A DNA stretch of 64,000 nt from an uncultured virus (IMG/VR IMGVR_UViG_3300047552_001239) (Duplodnaviria > Heunggongvirae > Uroviricota > Caudoviricetes), in IMG/VR virus record IMGVR_UViG_3300047552_001239. One strand, written 5' to 3'. The notes beneath the pieces were generated by a model that saw nothing but the letters and a program-made list of their open reading frames with translations, was not told where the DNA came from and did not search any database. Position numbers and translations under genes: made by a program. The stretch's first letter is position 1, and every line of letters starts with the position of its first letter. Positions 51,080-60,792 of the stretch are shown here, piece after piece.

Positions 51080-51096
51080 TATAGATATTATATAAT
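51080..51096 (+). promoter_or_regulatory. Candidate phage promoter motif
   Basis: TATAGATATTATATAAT upstream of GAGGAG and ATG 51121. Confidence 0.7.
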
Positions 51097-51120
51097 GTTT
51101 AAGATTGAGGAGATTTTTTT

Positions 51121-51564
51121 ATGTATTATGTAAAATGTTCTGAGTGTAACCAAAAAACATCGTTCCGAGGAACGGAGCGTGATTCTATTAATGGGTATAG
51201 TATATGTCTGAAATGTTCTTCTGTTGTTAACATTGTTAACGGTAAAAAAATAAATGAAGAAGAATGGGACAATTTACTCCCAGAACAAAAGGCCGCATTA
51301 GATAACTTCAAATCTTTTTTCTCAGAGCAATCTTTAAAAAAAAGAACTGAAGAATTAAGCCATTTAGTGATGAAACATCACCAAATGTTCAATGATAATT
51401 TTGAAGCAGCCCCTATCAAAAGTATCATTGAGAATATGGTAGTATTCTATCTTATGATGGAACATCTTATGATGGAACCAGAAAAGAATACATTTATTAA
51501 AGTAATAGCTGGATTAGAAGTTTTGCAAACCATTCAAGAATCAATAGGACAAACAAAAAACTAA
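51121..51564 (+). CDS. Zn-ribbon protein, paralogue 1
   Basis: CSEC...CLKC, then I.EEEW. Confidence 0.7.
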   Translation: MYYVKCSECNQKTSFRGTERDSINGYSICLKCSSVVNIVNGKKINEEEWDNLLPEQKAALDNFKSFFSEQSLKKRTEELSHLVMKHHQMFNDNFEAAPIKSIIENMVVFYLMMEHLMMEPEKNTFIKVIAGLEVLQTIQESIGQTKN

Positions 51565-52004
51565 TGACTATTATAACATGTTCATGCGGAACTAAAACGT
51601 CATATACGGTAGATGACATTATTGATGGATATGGTATTTGTGTAAAATGCCAATCCATTAATAATGTAAATACAAATCAAAAGATATCAGACGAAGAATG
51701 GTTAGATCTAGATGTTGAATCTAGAAGTAAAATCAAAAGATTATTGGAAATATTCGATGCATCTAAACGAAATGAAGAAATTCATAAGATAAAAGATCGG
51801 GCTTTAGAATATTTTGAATTATTTCAAAATGATTTTCTAAATTCTCCTGTCGAATTAATTATGTCAAAATTAATAACATACTTCTATACTCATAAAGAAG
51901 AAATGAGTAAAAGCTATGAACACACTTTCATGATGACAATAGGAGCATTATTATTTTTAGAATCAATTCGAAAAAAAATGAATGATGAAGATAGAACTGA
52001 TTAA
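51564..52004 (+). CDS. Zn-ribbon protein, paralogue 2
   Basis: CSCG...CVKC, then ISDEEW. Confidence 0.7.
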   Translation: MTIITCSCGTKTSYTVDDIIDGYGICVKCQSINNVNTNQKISDEEWLDLDVESRSKIKRLLEIFDASKRNEEIHKIKDRALEYFELFQNDFLNSPVELIMSKLITYFYTHKEEMSKSYEHTFMMTIGALLFLESIRKKMNDEDRTD

Positions 52005-52551
52005 TAAATTATTTCCTTATCTTTCTAAATATTACAATGAAGATTCAATATTAGATCAAATTGAAAAACGAGAAATCATTAGTTTTTCTCAATGTTTTAT
52101 TATAACTGAAAAAATAATTTCTGCTATAATAAAAATCAATACTGAGGAGATCCAATATATAGATAACCCTTCTTTAAAACTTCAAAGATTAGCTATTAAA
52201 ACTACTCCAGATTCTTTTCAATATTTTAGTAATAAATCTAGTTATGAAATAAAAAAATTAGCTATTGTAGAATCGCCTTCTAATTTAAAGTATATTAAAA
52301 ATCCAAGTCAAATTTTATGTCGTTTAGCAGTTTCGACTGGAGCATTTGCTATACAATATATTGAAAACCCATCTATTGAATTACAACGATTGGCTGTTAG
52401 AAAACATCAAGTTATGATTCAATATATTAAAAATCCAGACTTTGAAATAATAATCGATTGTATTAGGAGAGATAAAGGAATTATAAAGTTTATCAATTTA
52501 TTAAATTTAACGGCAGAACAACTTGAAACCTTAAAGTTATTATCAATATGA
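51982..52551 (+). CDS. Helical repeat protein (about 22-aa IQYI.NPS..LQ.LA repeats)
   Basis: Five visible repeats. Confidence 0.7.
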   Translation: MMKIELINKLFPYLSKYYNEDSILDQIEKREIISFSQCFIITEKIISAIIKINTEEIQYIDNPSLKLQRLAIKTTPDSFQYFSNKSSYEIKKLAIVESPSNLKYIKNPSQILCRLAVSTGAFAIQYIENPSIELQRLAVRKHQVMIQYIKNPDFEIIIDCIRRDKGIIKFINLLNLTAEQLETLKLLSI

Positions 52552-53066
52552 ACAATATCACCTGTCCTAAATGTAATTCGCCTATAAATTATAAAGAAAA
52601 TGAAACCATACAAAATTTATATGTATGTATTTCATGTAAAGCAGTTATTAATGTAGTAGATAAAGAGGAGGTATCGGATAATGAATGGTTATATCTTAGC
52701 TCGAAAGAACGAGATGAGATCAATCATTTATTAAATTTGGTAGATGAAAAGAAATCAATAGAAATGATCGATGAAATTCATAGGGATATAATTACCTTCA
52801 AAGAATTAATAGGATCTGATATTGATGGCGTTCCAATTACAGACATGCAAATTGATTTCTTCAAGTTTTATCTTTTAAACACATTGAAATTCTCAGAAAG
52901 AGAACACCTTTTATTCCGTTCGATTTTGGGCTTGATGGAATTTTTTAAGGATCTTAAAGAAACTCATCAAAAAATAAAAGAAATATTGGCGAAAGATAAA
53001 AATAAAGAATTAGATATCGTCGATATGATAAAAAATAAATACATATCTGATAAAAAAATACATTAA
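52548..53066 (+). CDS. Zn-ribbon protein, paralogue 3
   Basis: CPKC...CISC, then VSDNEW. Confidence 0.7.
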   Translation: MNNITCPKCNSPINYKENETIQNLYVCISCKAVINVVDKEEVSDNEWLYLSSKERDEINHLLNLVDEKKSIEMIDEIHRDIITFKELIGSDIDGVPITDMQIDFFKFYLLNTLKFSEREHLLFRSILGLMEFFKDLKETHQKIKEILAKDKNKELDIVDMIKNKYISDKKIH

Positions 53067-53074
53067 TAATAGAA

Positions 53075-53110
53075 AAATAGGTACTATATAATAAAATATA
53101 GTACCTATTT
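53075..53110. terminator. Bidirectional terminator-like hairpin
   Basis: AAATAGGTACTATAT/ATATAGTACCTATTT, 15-bp stem between convergent genes. Confidence 0.8.
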
Positions 53111-53115
53111 AAATT

Positions 53116-53400
53116 TTATTTATTATATATTATTTCTAGTTCTTTTGATATAAGATATAATCGATGATCGTCAAATTCTTCTAAATAACCATGCATCAGA
53201 GTATCTCTTTTACTATCTCTTAATACCTTTAGGCGTCTTAAAATAAAATAAAAATCTTTATTATAGAATTCTCGTTTTAAAACGCCTGAGGATATATGAC
53301 ATATATTACAATATGATGCAATTTCAGAAGAATAAGAAGAAGAATAAAATAAATTCGGAACAAACAAAATTAGAAATCTGGTTTGTTTAATCCATGACAT
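53116..53400 (-). CDS. Hypothetical protein
   Basis: Abuts the upstream ORF. Confidence 0.55.
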   Translation of the reverse strand: MSWIKQTRFLILFVPNLFYSSSYSSEIASYCNICHISSGVLKREFYNKDFYFILRRLKVLRDSKRDTLMHGYLEEFDDHRLYLISKELEIIYNK

Positions 53401-53745
53401 TTAAGCAAATGTTGAAAATTTTCTATCTTCTATTCGGGTTTGTTCATCACCATTATCATCCAAATATGTTATTTCTCTTGGAGGATAAATACGATCATAA
53501 ATTACTTTCTTATCAGGATTATTAAATATTTCACTAAATGTTCCTAATATCTCCAAGTTTTCTAATTGTTGTATTTTATTTAGATCATATACATCTACTC
53601 TAATTAAAGATAATGTTTCATTATCCTTTCGAATAGTTGGAGATTTTTCAATAATAAATCGACCAGAATCTTCTCTATCTGGAAATTTTTCTTTTACTTC
53701 AGCTAATAAAGCCGCAGTATCTGCACAGTATGTTACTAAATCCAT
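53401..53745 (-). CDS. Hypothetical protein, possible fibre accessory factor
   Basis: Directly follows the four LamG paralogues. Confidence 0.6.
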   Translation of the reverse strand: MDLVTYCADTAALLAEVKEKFPDREDSGRFIIEKSPTIRKDNETLSLIRVDVYDLNKIQQLENLEILGTFSEIFNNPDKKVIYDRIYPPREITYLDDNGDEQTRIEDRKFSTFA

Positions 53746-53754
53746 ATTTAGACC

Positions 53755-55308
53755 TTATAGTAATATAATATCTTCTTGATTTAATGCTCGTTTAAAAATT
53801 CTAAAACTAGAAATATGACCATTTAAAAATCCAGATGATATATTTCTACTAATATCTTCACCTTTATTACTGGATACACTTCCATGATGTCCAATATTAA
53901 TATGAGTAGGGATTCCAGAATATGCTGGAACTGTAACATTTGTTTCTAATTTAATATCGCCATTTAAATAAGTCGATTGTACGTTAGAATCAAAAACAAA
54001 AGCAGCAGATAATGTATTATTAAATAAAGCTTCGGTTTCAGTTGTTTGATCTAATGGACCAACATAAGAAGCCCAATCTCTATTATAATATGAAATTATA
54101 TTCCCATCTTTTAATACAGATCCTAATTGATAATTAAATCCAGCTAATGAAAATAACCATCTATAATCCATTCGTGTTAAATATGCATAATTATGAGATG
54201 TATTTAAAACGGTGGGATCATATTCTGTTAATTTAGTAGATGCAAAATGATATCTACCTAATAAATTAAAATTAACAATATAAGTAGTTTGCCCCTTATA
54301 TGGGAATGGTACATTTAAATCAGCATTAGATATCCAACAATAATCTGCGTATCTTATTGGAGGAGAAGAAAAATTATTAGAATAAATATATGAAGTTGGA
54401 TATGGCATTGGTTCTAATTGAGCACCCCAAACATATACCCCGGCTGTTGTACTGCCAGCATAACTCCAATTATCAATACTATCTGTAAAACCTAAAACTA
54501 CTTTAAAATCACCAGAATCTGCACCAGTATAGAATGTTAATGAAATCCTATACCAAGAATATTCATCAAATTCAAATTCCCCAACCCGAGAAATTTTTTT
54601 AATAGAACAATAAGGAGTAGAACCGGTATTTAAAAAGAAAGATGGTAAATCTGGAAAGGTAGAAGTATCAAAATTTTGAGAAAATGATAATATAGTACCT
54701 GCTTCCAAATCATAAACTACAGTTGCTCTATTTTGATTTGAACTATCTAAATATCTCAATCTAACATATTTTCGTTCTGCTGCTCTTATAAAAGTACTGA
54801 ATGTTAATACTTTATTTCTCGAAGGAGTTGAAGTAGAACCTAATGATTGGATTGGAAAAATTTGAGAATTAGCAACAAAATTTATATAATGTTCAGAAGT
54901 TGTATTTGTTTCCGTTATTTTTTGTACAGTAGATGTATTATCGGGTGCTACTAATCCAACACTAGCCTGAATTAAAGCATTTACCCCTGTTCCAGTAAAA
55001 TCTTCTGATTTTTTAATATAATTTAAAGATTGACTTTCAATCAACAATCCTTCTGATTCAATTTTAGGTTGATTCTTAACTGCTTTCTTTAAAATACCAT
55101 CAATTCCAATATATGTCGAAACAGAATCTCGTTGAAAGTTAACTGTGCCGTTACCTCTAACAAATTCTATATCTCCACCAATAAAATTAACATCTAAATC
55201 TGAAATTGATGCTTTTGTTAATTGATCGAGATTTAATTGTTCAGCAGCTAAAACAGGATCTGAATATATTTCTACTAATTTTTTAAGGGAAAGAATATTT
55301 TTACTCAT
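53755..55308 (-). CDS. LamG/CBM spike-fibre-like protein, paralogue 4
   Basis: F.R.S.STY...G...P..E..GLLIE, WYRIS, WGAQLE..YPTSYI, NGHI..FRI. Confidence 0.75.
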   Translation of the reverse strand: MSKNILSLKKLVEIYSDPVLAAEQLNLDQLTKASISDLDVNFIGGDIEFVRGNGTVNFQRDSVSTYIGIDGILKKAVKNQPKIESEGLLIESQSLNYIKKSEDFTGTGVNALIQASVGLVAPDNTSTVQKITETNTTSEHYINFVANSQIFPIQSLGSTSTPSRNKVLTFSTFIRAAERKYVRLRYLDSSNQNRATVVYDLEAGTILSFSQNFDTSTFPDLPSFFLNTGSTPYCSIKKISRVGEFEFDEYSWYRISLTFYTGADSGDFKVVLGFTDSIDNWSYAGSTTAGVYVWGAQLEPMPYPTSYIYSNNFSSPPIRYADYCWISNADLNVPFPYKGQTTYIVNFNLLGRYHFASTKLTEYDPTVLNTSHNYAYLTRMDYRWLFSLAGFNYQLGSVLKDGNIISYYNRDWASYVGPLDQTTETEALFNNTLSAAFVFDSNVQSTYLNGDIKLETNVTVPAYSGIPTHINIGHHGSVSSNKGEDISRNISSGFLNGHISSFRIFKRALNQEDIILL

Positions 55309-55312
55309 AATA

Positions 55313-56659
55313 TTAAATATTACCTAATTCAGCTTCCGTTAATAATTCATTATAAATTTTAACAGAAGTTATATGCCCATTAAATCCATTAGAACCAAAT
55401 TCTAATTTATAAGGAGTTAACTCATCAGGTAGTAAAATCAAAGAATTTACATTAATAGGATTTGAAAATTTAGTATTATTCAAAGAAGAATATATTTGAT
55501 TATTAGGTTTATTATATACAAATGCAAATCTTTGTAATTCTTTATTATTTGGAATGTAATCAAAATCTACTTCTTCTAGATCTCCTGAATTATTTGCCCA
55601 ATAAGTTCCATATACCATTCTATTTTGTTCCCACCAATCCTTATCTACTAAAATATTATTAATACCCATAGATATTTTTGATGTTCCTAATTGTATATCA
55701 AAAACTTTAGGATATCTAATAGTAGAATCTATAAAATCAAAATCTACTATTACACTAAATGAAGAATTTGGTACTTTTGGAAAATTATATTCGAACGGCG
55801 CAAAGAATTCATCAGAATCCCTCAATACTGGGGAAGCTAATGTTGGAATATAAGAAGACATATAAGGTAGCTTTTCTAATTGAGCTCCCCATAATAAAAT
55901 ACCATCACCAGATGCATAAGTGACACCTGAAGTTTTTATTAAATTAATTCTTATACCTGGATTTGTAGCTCCAGTACCAGAATTAAAAGTATAAGATATT
56001 CTCATCCAATTATTATTTATTACAGTAACGCTAGTTACTAAACCAGTAGAAATACTAGAGGATGTGAAAGTATTTGCATCAAAAATAGCAGATTGATTAG
56101 TATTGTCTTTATTAAATGATTCTACTTTAATTTTATTATATTTATTTGCTCTGACAAATACTGAAAATGTATATAATGTATTAGAAATTAAAGCATTTGG
56201 TGAATTATTAGGGAATGTTAATTCAATATATGAAGTTGTATTAACATCTGCTCCTAATTTTAATTCATCTACTGTTGCACCATTATCTGGAGCAATAGTA
56301 GTTAATAAATCTACAGCTACTGTACTATTTACATTACCCCATCTTTGAAATTGAGTAGAATATGGGATTAAATTAGTAGATGATTGATTCTCAACTAATA
56401 AACCATTTGCTTCGAATCTTGGTTCATCATATCTAGCATATCTTAATCTACCATAAATATCAATATAAGATGCAGTAGAATTTCTTCTAAAAACAATATT
56501 ACCAACTCCATGCGTCATGATTATATTGTTTTTTGTTTGAACTGCGAACATTGGGTTTGCTAACTTCCCCAACATTCCTCGAGAACCAATATATAATTGT
56601 GCCTCTGTAGGCTCACTGTATCTTCTTTGTATTTCTTTAAATGATAGTGTTTTAGACAT
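55313..56659 (-). CDS. LamG/CBM spike-fibre-like protein, paralogue 3
   Basis: Same motif set (EPRFE.NGLLVE, WGAQLE, NGHI). Confidence 0.75.
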   Translation of the reverse strand: MSKTLSFKEIQRRYSEPTEAQLYIGSRGMLGKLANPMFAVQTKNNIIMTHGVGNIVFRRNSTASYIDIYGRLRYARYDEPRFEANGLLVENQSSTNLIPYSTQFQRWGNVNSTVAVDLLTTIAPDNGATVDELKLGADVNTTSYIELTFPNNSPNALISNTLYTFSVFVRANKYNKIKVESFNKDNTNQSAIFDANTFTSSSISTGLVTSVTVINNNWMRISYTFNSGTGATNPGIRINLIKTSGVTYASGDGILLWGAQLEKLPYMSSYIPTLASPVLRDSDEFFAPFEYNFPKVPNSSFSVIVDFDFIDSTIRYPKVFDIQLGTSKISMGINNILVDKDWWEQNRMVYGTYWANNSGDLEEVDFDYIPNNKELQRFAFVYNKPNNQIYSSLNNTKFSNPINVNSLILLPDELTPYKLEFGSNGFNGHITSVKIYNELLTEAELGNI

Positions 56660-56661
56660 AA

Positions 56662-58014
56662 TTAAACAATTCTAATCTCATCATCGGTTAAAGCCGTATC
56701 ATAAATTCTAAAATTAGTAATATGGCCATTCAAAACATTTTGAGATAAATTAATAGAACTACCTATATTAATTTTACCCGATGGGAAGGTAGCATGTTCA
56801 GGAGAAGATGTTTTAGAAATTGTTTTAAAACTATTTCTAAATAAAGTATAATTACCATCATCATATCGTAAAGCAATACGATGTTGAGTAAAAGCTTCTA
56901 AGCTATCTTCCTCAGTAATACCTAATAAATCATAATATGCTATTAAATTACCATTAGATGTAATTTTTAATGAATTATGTTTAAACCCATCTAAAGTAAA
57001 TACATCTCTTGAAGAATTATGTTTAGTACCTAAAATATCAATATCTAATATATAGGTATTTTCTGTTGTTGGATAATTAATAGTTGTATTTAAAATATCA
57101 ATTTCCAACCAATCAGAAGTTCTTGTTACTGGAGATGATTCTGTAATAATATAAGAAGATGCAAAATAATTTTCTTCTAATTGCGCTCCCCAAATAAATA
57201 CAGTATTCCATAAATTATCTATACCTGCATAATTATCATTAAATGCATTATTAGTTCCTTCCTGAACTGTATTTATAGTAAATCGCAATGTAGGGAAAGT
57301 AGTGTTCGAAGCAGTAGTAATGGTGAAGGTCATTGATACTCTAAACCAACCTCCCCACATTTTTTGTACTGCATATGATGTATTTGAAAAAAAAGATGAT
57401 CCAACTCTATTATTAAATAAAACTCCATTCTGTAAATCAACATTCACAGAATAAAAATTATTTCCTACTATATTAGTAGGACTAACTCCAGATAAATCAC
57501 TTACTGTTAATTTTGTAAATTGAGAATTATTTTGTTTAACAAATAAACTTATTGTATAACTTGAAACGGTATTAATTGGTAATGCTAATGGGATATCTTG
57601 ATATAAAGCATGTAAAGAAGTATTAGTATTATCTCTTAATTGAAAAAGTTTTCCTAATATTCCATTTGGAGCTGCTAAATCAGTATCTCCTTCACTAACA
57701 ATAGATTGATAAGTTTTCCAATATTCTGTATTAGTAAATAATTCAGAATATCGTACTAAATTAGTAGAGGAACCTTCAATTAATAATCCATTCTTTTCAA
57801 ATCTTGGTTCATCAATATTCGAATAAGATACTAATCCCATACGATCAATATAGGTTGCGACTGAACTTCTATTAAATGCAACTGTTCCTACGCCAGTCAC
57901 AGGATTTAGATTATTCTGTAACGGCATATGTAAGATAGGAGCACTTAAAATTCCATAATTAGGACTGTTTGTTTGATTTTGTAATGATCCTACTGAAGGG
58001 TAAATTCTAGCCAT
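56662..58014 (-). CDS. LamG/CBM spike-fibre-like protein, paralogue 2
   Basis: Same motif set. Confidence 0.75.
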   Translation of the reverse strand: MARIYPSVGSLQNQTNSPNYGILSAPILHMPLQNNLNPVTGVGTVAFNRSSVATYIDRMGLVSYSNIDEPRFEKNGLLIEGSSTNLVRYSELFTNTEYWKTYQSIVSEGDTDLAAPNGILGKLFQLRDNTNTSLHALYQDIPLALPINTVSSYTISLFVKQNNSQFTKLTVSDLSGVSPTNIVGNNFYSVNVDLQNGVLFNNRVGSSFFSNTSYAVQKMWGGWFRVSMTFTITTASNTTFPTLRFTINTVQEGTNNAFNDNYAGIDNLWNTVFIWGAQLEENYFASSYIITESSPVTRTSDWLEIDILNTTINYPTTENTYILDIDILGTKHNSSRDVFTLDGFKHNSLKITSNGNLIAYYDLLGITEEDSLEAFTQHRIALRYDDGNYTLFRNSFKTISKTSSPEHATFPSGKINIGSSINLSQNVLNGHITNFRIYDTALTDDEIRIV

Positions 58015-58021
58015 TTTTATA

Positions 58022-59365
58022 TTACACCATAATTATTTCATCTTTTGAAAAAGCTCTATCATAAATCCTAAAATTACAAATATGCCCATCAAAATAAATA
58101 TTATTAATAGGATCTTCACCAAAATGCAAATATGTATTTACCCCAGCAGTATATGGTTCATCTATTCCTGTTGTTTCGATTTTACCATCTGCAAAAGTAT
58201 GAACTGTATTTGAACTTCTAGTATAACCAATTTTATGTTTTACTTTAAAATCAGTCATTGCTGGAAGAATATGATCAATTGAAGTACTAGGATTAATAAT
58301 AAATCCACCTTGATTATTATTTGCTTCTTGAGACCATTTAATAACCCGAGATTTTTCTCTATTTTCAGGTAACGAACCGTATAAGGAACCAGTCCAAAAA
58401 ATACTATGGTCACCTATACGATACAAACCTCTTAACACTACTTCTAATAATAATGTATGATCAAATGATTGATCAGGTAGATTTCTATCATTTTCTATTA
58501 CTAATATATCAGAAGCTCTAGTTTCAGCTACACCAGAAGTTGGAATATAAGATGTTGAATACCATTTTCGTTCTAATTGTGCACCATATACATTAATAGT
58601 TTTATTATTAATATTTGATCCATAAGTACCAATTATTAATCCATAATCATAAGTATGAGCTGGATTAATTACATCAAGAGATTCTATTGTAAATGTTACC
58701 CTATACCAACCATTTATCAATTCTTCAATTCTATAATCTGCAAATCGTGTAATATTTAAAGTATAAACTAAAGATGGATTAGGTAATATTTTACCAGTTC
58801 CATCAAAAGTAAATTGTACTCTTGACATTACATTTGTCGTAGCATTTCTAATATATAAATTAAAGGCATCTGTTGAATTAGTTGTGCCTTTCTTTACAAA
58901 TATAGATAATGTTAAAGCATTAACGCCAGCTTCTGTAAATTGTATTGAACGGGCGATAAGTTGATTAGATGTTGTACCGGCAGTTGTTAAAGTAGATGCG
59001 AACGCGTTACTTTTATTTGTTGGATCTAGAACGGAAGAAGTAGTGACTGCAACAGAAGATTTTGTCCAACTAGCATGAGCAAAATTATTAGATATTGCTA
59101 TATGATTTTTTGTTGAAGATTCTAAAAGAATGCCTTCATATTCGAATCTCGGTTCATCAACTGGAGCAAATATTAATTTCTTAGTTAATCTATCAACATA
59201 AGACGCAGTCGTAGAACGACCAAAAGTTAAACTTCCAAATCCATCATAAACCAAACTATGTTCAAATGATGCGTTACACACTGGGAAAGCTATATCCGAA
59301 GCTAAACCCAAATAATTATTTACTGTTTCTAAATTTGTTTTAGTTTTAGTAGTTTTTCTAGACAT
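58022..59365 (-). CDS. LamG/CBM spike-fibre-like protein, paralogue 1
   Basis: Same motif set. Confidence 0.75.
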   Translation of the reverse strand: MSRKTTKTKTNLETVNNYLGLASDIAFPVCNASFEHSLVYDGFGSLTFGRSTTASYVDRLTKKLIFAPVDEPRFEYEGILLESSTKNHIAISNNFAHASWTKSSVAVTTSSVLDPTNKSNAFASTLTTAGTTSNQLIARSIQFTEAGVNALTLSIFVKKGTTNSTDAFNLYIRNATTNVMSRVQFTFDGTGKILPNPSLVYTLNITRFADYRIEELINGWYRVTFTIESLDVINPAHTYDYGLIIGTYGSNINNKTINVYGAQLERKWYSTSYIPTSGVAETRASDILVIENDRNLPDQSFDHTLLLEVVLRGLYRIGDHSIFWTGSLYGSLPENREKSRVIKWSQEANNNQGGFIINPSTSIDHILPAMTDFKVKHKIGYTRSSNTVHTFADGKIETTGIDEPYTAGVNTYLHFGEDPINNIYFDGHICNFRIYDRAFSKDEIIMV

Positions 59366-59393
59366 ATTTATTTTAAATAAATAAAAAAGAAAA

Positions 59394-59433
59394 ACCTGTA
59401 TTGAATACTAAATAAATAGTAAATAATACAGGT
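59394..59433 (-). terminator. Probable intrinsic terminator
   Basis: ACCTGTATT...AATACAGGT stem followed by a T-rich run on the minus strand. Confidence 0.6.
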
Positions 59434-59440
59434 CGATGTT

Positions 59441-59827
59441 TTATTCTTTAAAGAACTTCTCTAACTGAACCATATCTAATGGTGTCAATTCAAGATTTTC
59501 AACTGAGTCTAATGAGATTGGAGAAAATTCAATTCTCAATTCTTCTTGTAATAATTCGTTATATTCCTTTACGAAATCTGGCATATTCTCAGTTGTTACT
59601 TTTATTTCTCCTGTTTCTTCAACGGCGGTTCCATATTTCCTAACTAAGTTCATCCTTTGTTCTTCGAGGAAACCTAATTCCTTAGAAATTTTTGTCAGAC
59701 ATTTCGATAATCGATATGAAACTTTTACCGGCAAACTTAGAGTTGTAATCTTTCTTAAAGATTCTTCGATAGATTTGAGTTCGCCTAAGGTAAAAATAAG
59801 AGTATCATTTTGAGTATTTTCAGACAT
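59441..59827 (-). CDS. Acidic phage protein (DUF1617-like, possible assembly chaperone)
   Basis: LPVKVSY.L.K....I..E.....E.R..LV.KYG pattern. AAGGAG upstream. Confidence 0.6.
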   Translation of the reverse strand: MSENTQNDTLIFTLGELKSIEESLRKITTLSLPVKVSYRLSKCLTKISKELGFLEEQRMNLVRKYGTAVEETGEIKVTTENMPDFVKEYNELLQEELRIEFSPISLDSVENLELTPLDMVQLEKFFKE

Positions 59828-59879
59828 AAAAAACAGATCTCCTTAATGTATAAGTCAAATTGCGTAATTATTTATATAT

Positions 59880-60157
59880 AAAAAAGAATTTGGATTTTTG
59901 GCTCCAAACACTAAAATAAAGTTTAGGTTGGGATGATCATGTTGTATGACCATCCCTCCCTTAAAAAATTTTTAATTTTGCACTACCCAAATTTAGATAA
60001 TATAATTATCTAAATACCGGTAAAGATAATGCTGCCGGAATTACTGCTGTCGCCGTCGATGATGAAAATTACTTTGTTTTTACAATGATAAAGGACAACA
60101 TTAAAATATACCCCTAAAAAAGTTTTGAAAATACATCCTTAACAGAATTTCTGTCTT
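59880..60157 (-). ncRNA. Candidate structured non-coding RNA or long structured 5' leader
   Basis: Longest gene-free interval in the window. Several hairpins, a promoter motif upstream, and a hairpin plus U-run at the distal end. Boundaries are inferred. Confidence 0.4.
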
Positions 60158-60163
60158 AGATGT

Positions 60164-60180
60164 ACTATATAATATCTATA
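60164..60180 (-). promoter_or_regulatory. Candidate phage promoter motif
   Basis: TATAGATATTATATAGT on the minus strand. Confidence 0.65.
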
Positions 60181-60191
60181 TCAAATAGTTA

Positions 60192-60392
60192 TTAATTTTT
60201 AGGAGTCAATGTAAAATTCTTTATAAACCATTCAGTTATTTCTTTAATCCCCATACCATTTCTATAATCTGGAGATTTTAAAAGTTGTTTGGATATTTTT
60301 AATACTTGTAAATGTTCTTCTGCATCTTGATAATTATAAAATTCTTCTAAATCATCATCGACTTTATATTTTGTTATCTGTATTATTTTCAT
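60192..60392 (-). CDS. Hypothetical protein
   Basis: Overlaps the upstream ORF in an operon arrangement. Confidence 0.6.
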   Translation of the reverse strand: MKIIQITKYKVDDDLEEFYNYQDAEEHLQVLKISKQLLKSPDYRNGMGIKEITEWFIKNFTLTPKN

Positions 60393-60792
60393 TACTTGAT
60401 AATTTTTTATTTCTTTTTGTAGTGATTGCTACCGGCAATTTATAAATAGTTGCGAAACCATCTACAATAAATATAAAATGAGTATATTCTTTAGGATTTT
60501 GTTCATAAATAGATAAAACTGTAACTGGATTGGATTCTGTTTTTTCAATAGTTTTATCTTTTTTAAATCTTGTTGTGATTGTAACGGGAGGTATTTCTCC
60601 ATACTTTCCTGTATTTTCATTTACTAGTATAACTCTATGAATCATTATTTGATGCGATGCAACAGATGATTCATATGTAACGCTAATCGTATTAGATGAA
60701 AATTTGGATAATAATTTTTTAGTTTTAATCTCAATTATTTTTCCATTATGCTCATCGCAGAAATTTACCATTAAAGATTCTAGAATATTCAT
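60364..60792 (-). CDS. Hypothetical protein
   Basis: ATGA-coupled to sspB. Confidence 0.65.
   Translation of the reverse strand: MNILESLMVNFCDEHNGKIIEIKTKKLLSKFSSNTISVTYESSVASHQIMIHRVILVNENTGKYGEIPPVTITTRFKKDKTIEKTESNPVTVLSIYEQNPKEYTHFIFIVDGFATIYKLPVAITTKRNKKLSSNENNTDNKI

Noticed and set aside
59869..59876. T4-type late promoter TATAAATA on the minus strand upstream of 59827
   Set aside because: An all-AT octamer is expected often by chance at this composition, and I did not see it consistently before other structural genes.
60025..60117. Plus-strand frame reading ...AVAVDDENYFVF..., reminiscent of the ssrA tag ANDENYALAA and close to sspB
   Set aside because: No tRNA-like acceptor stem or T-arm, no terminal ALAA-stop, and the promoter motif points the other way. 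Treated as coincidence unless a tmRNA covariance search hits.
60364..60792. MNILESL (60792) and MSKILKDID (20536) as further members of the leader family
   Set aside because: They match only the first half and lack the N-L-I core.
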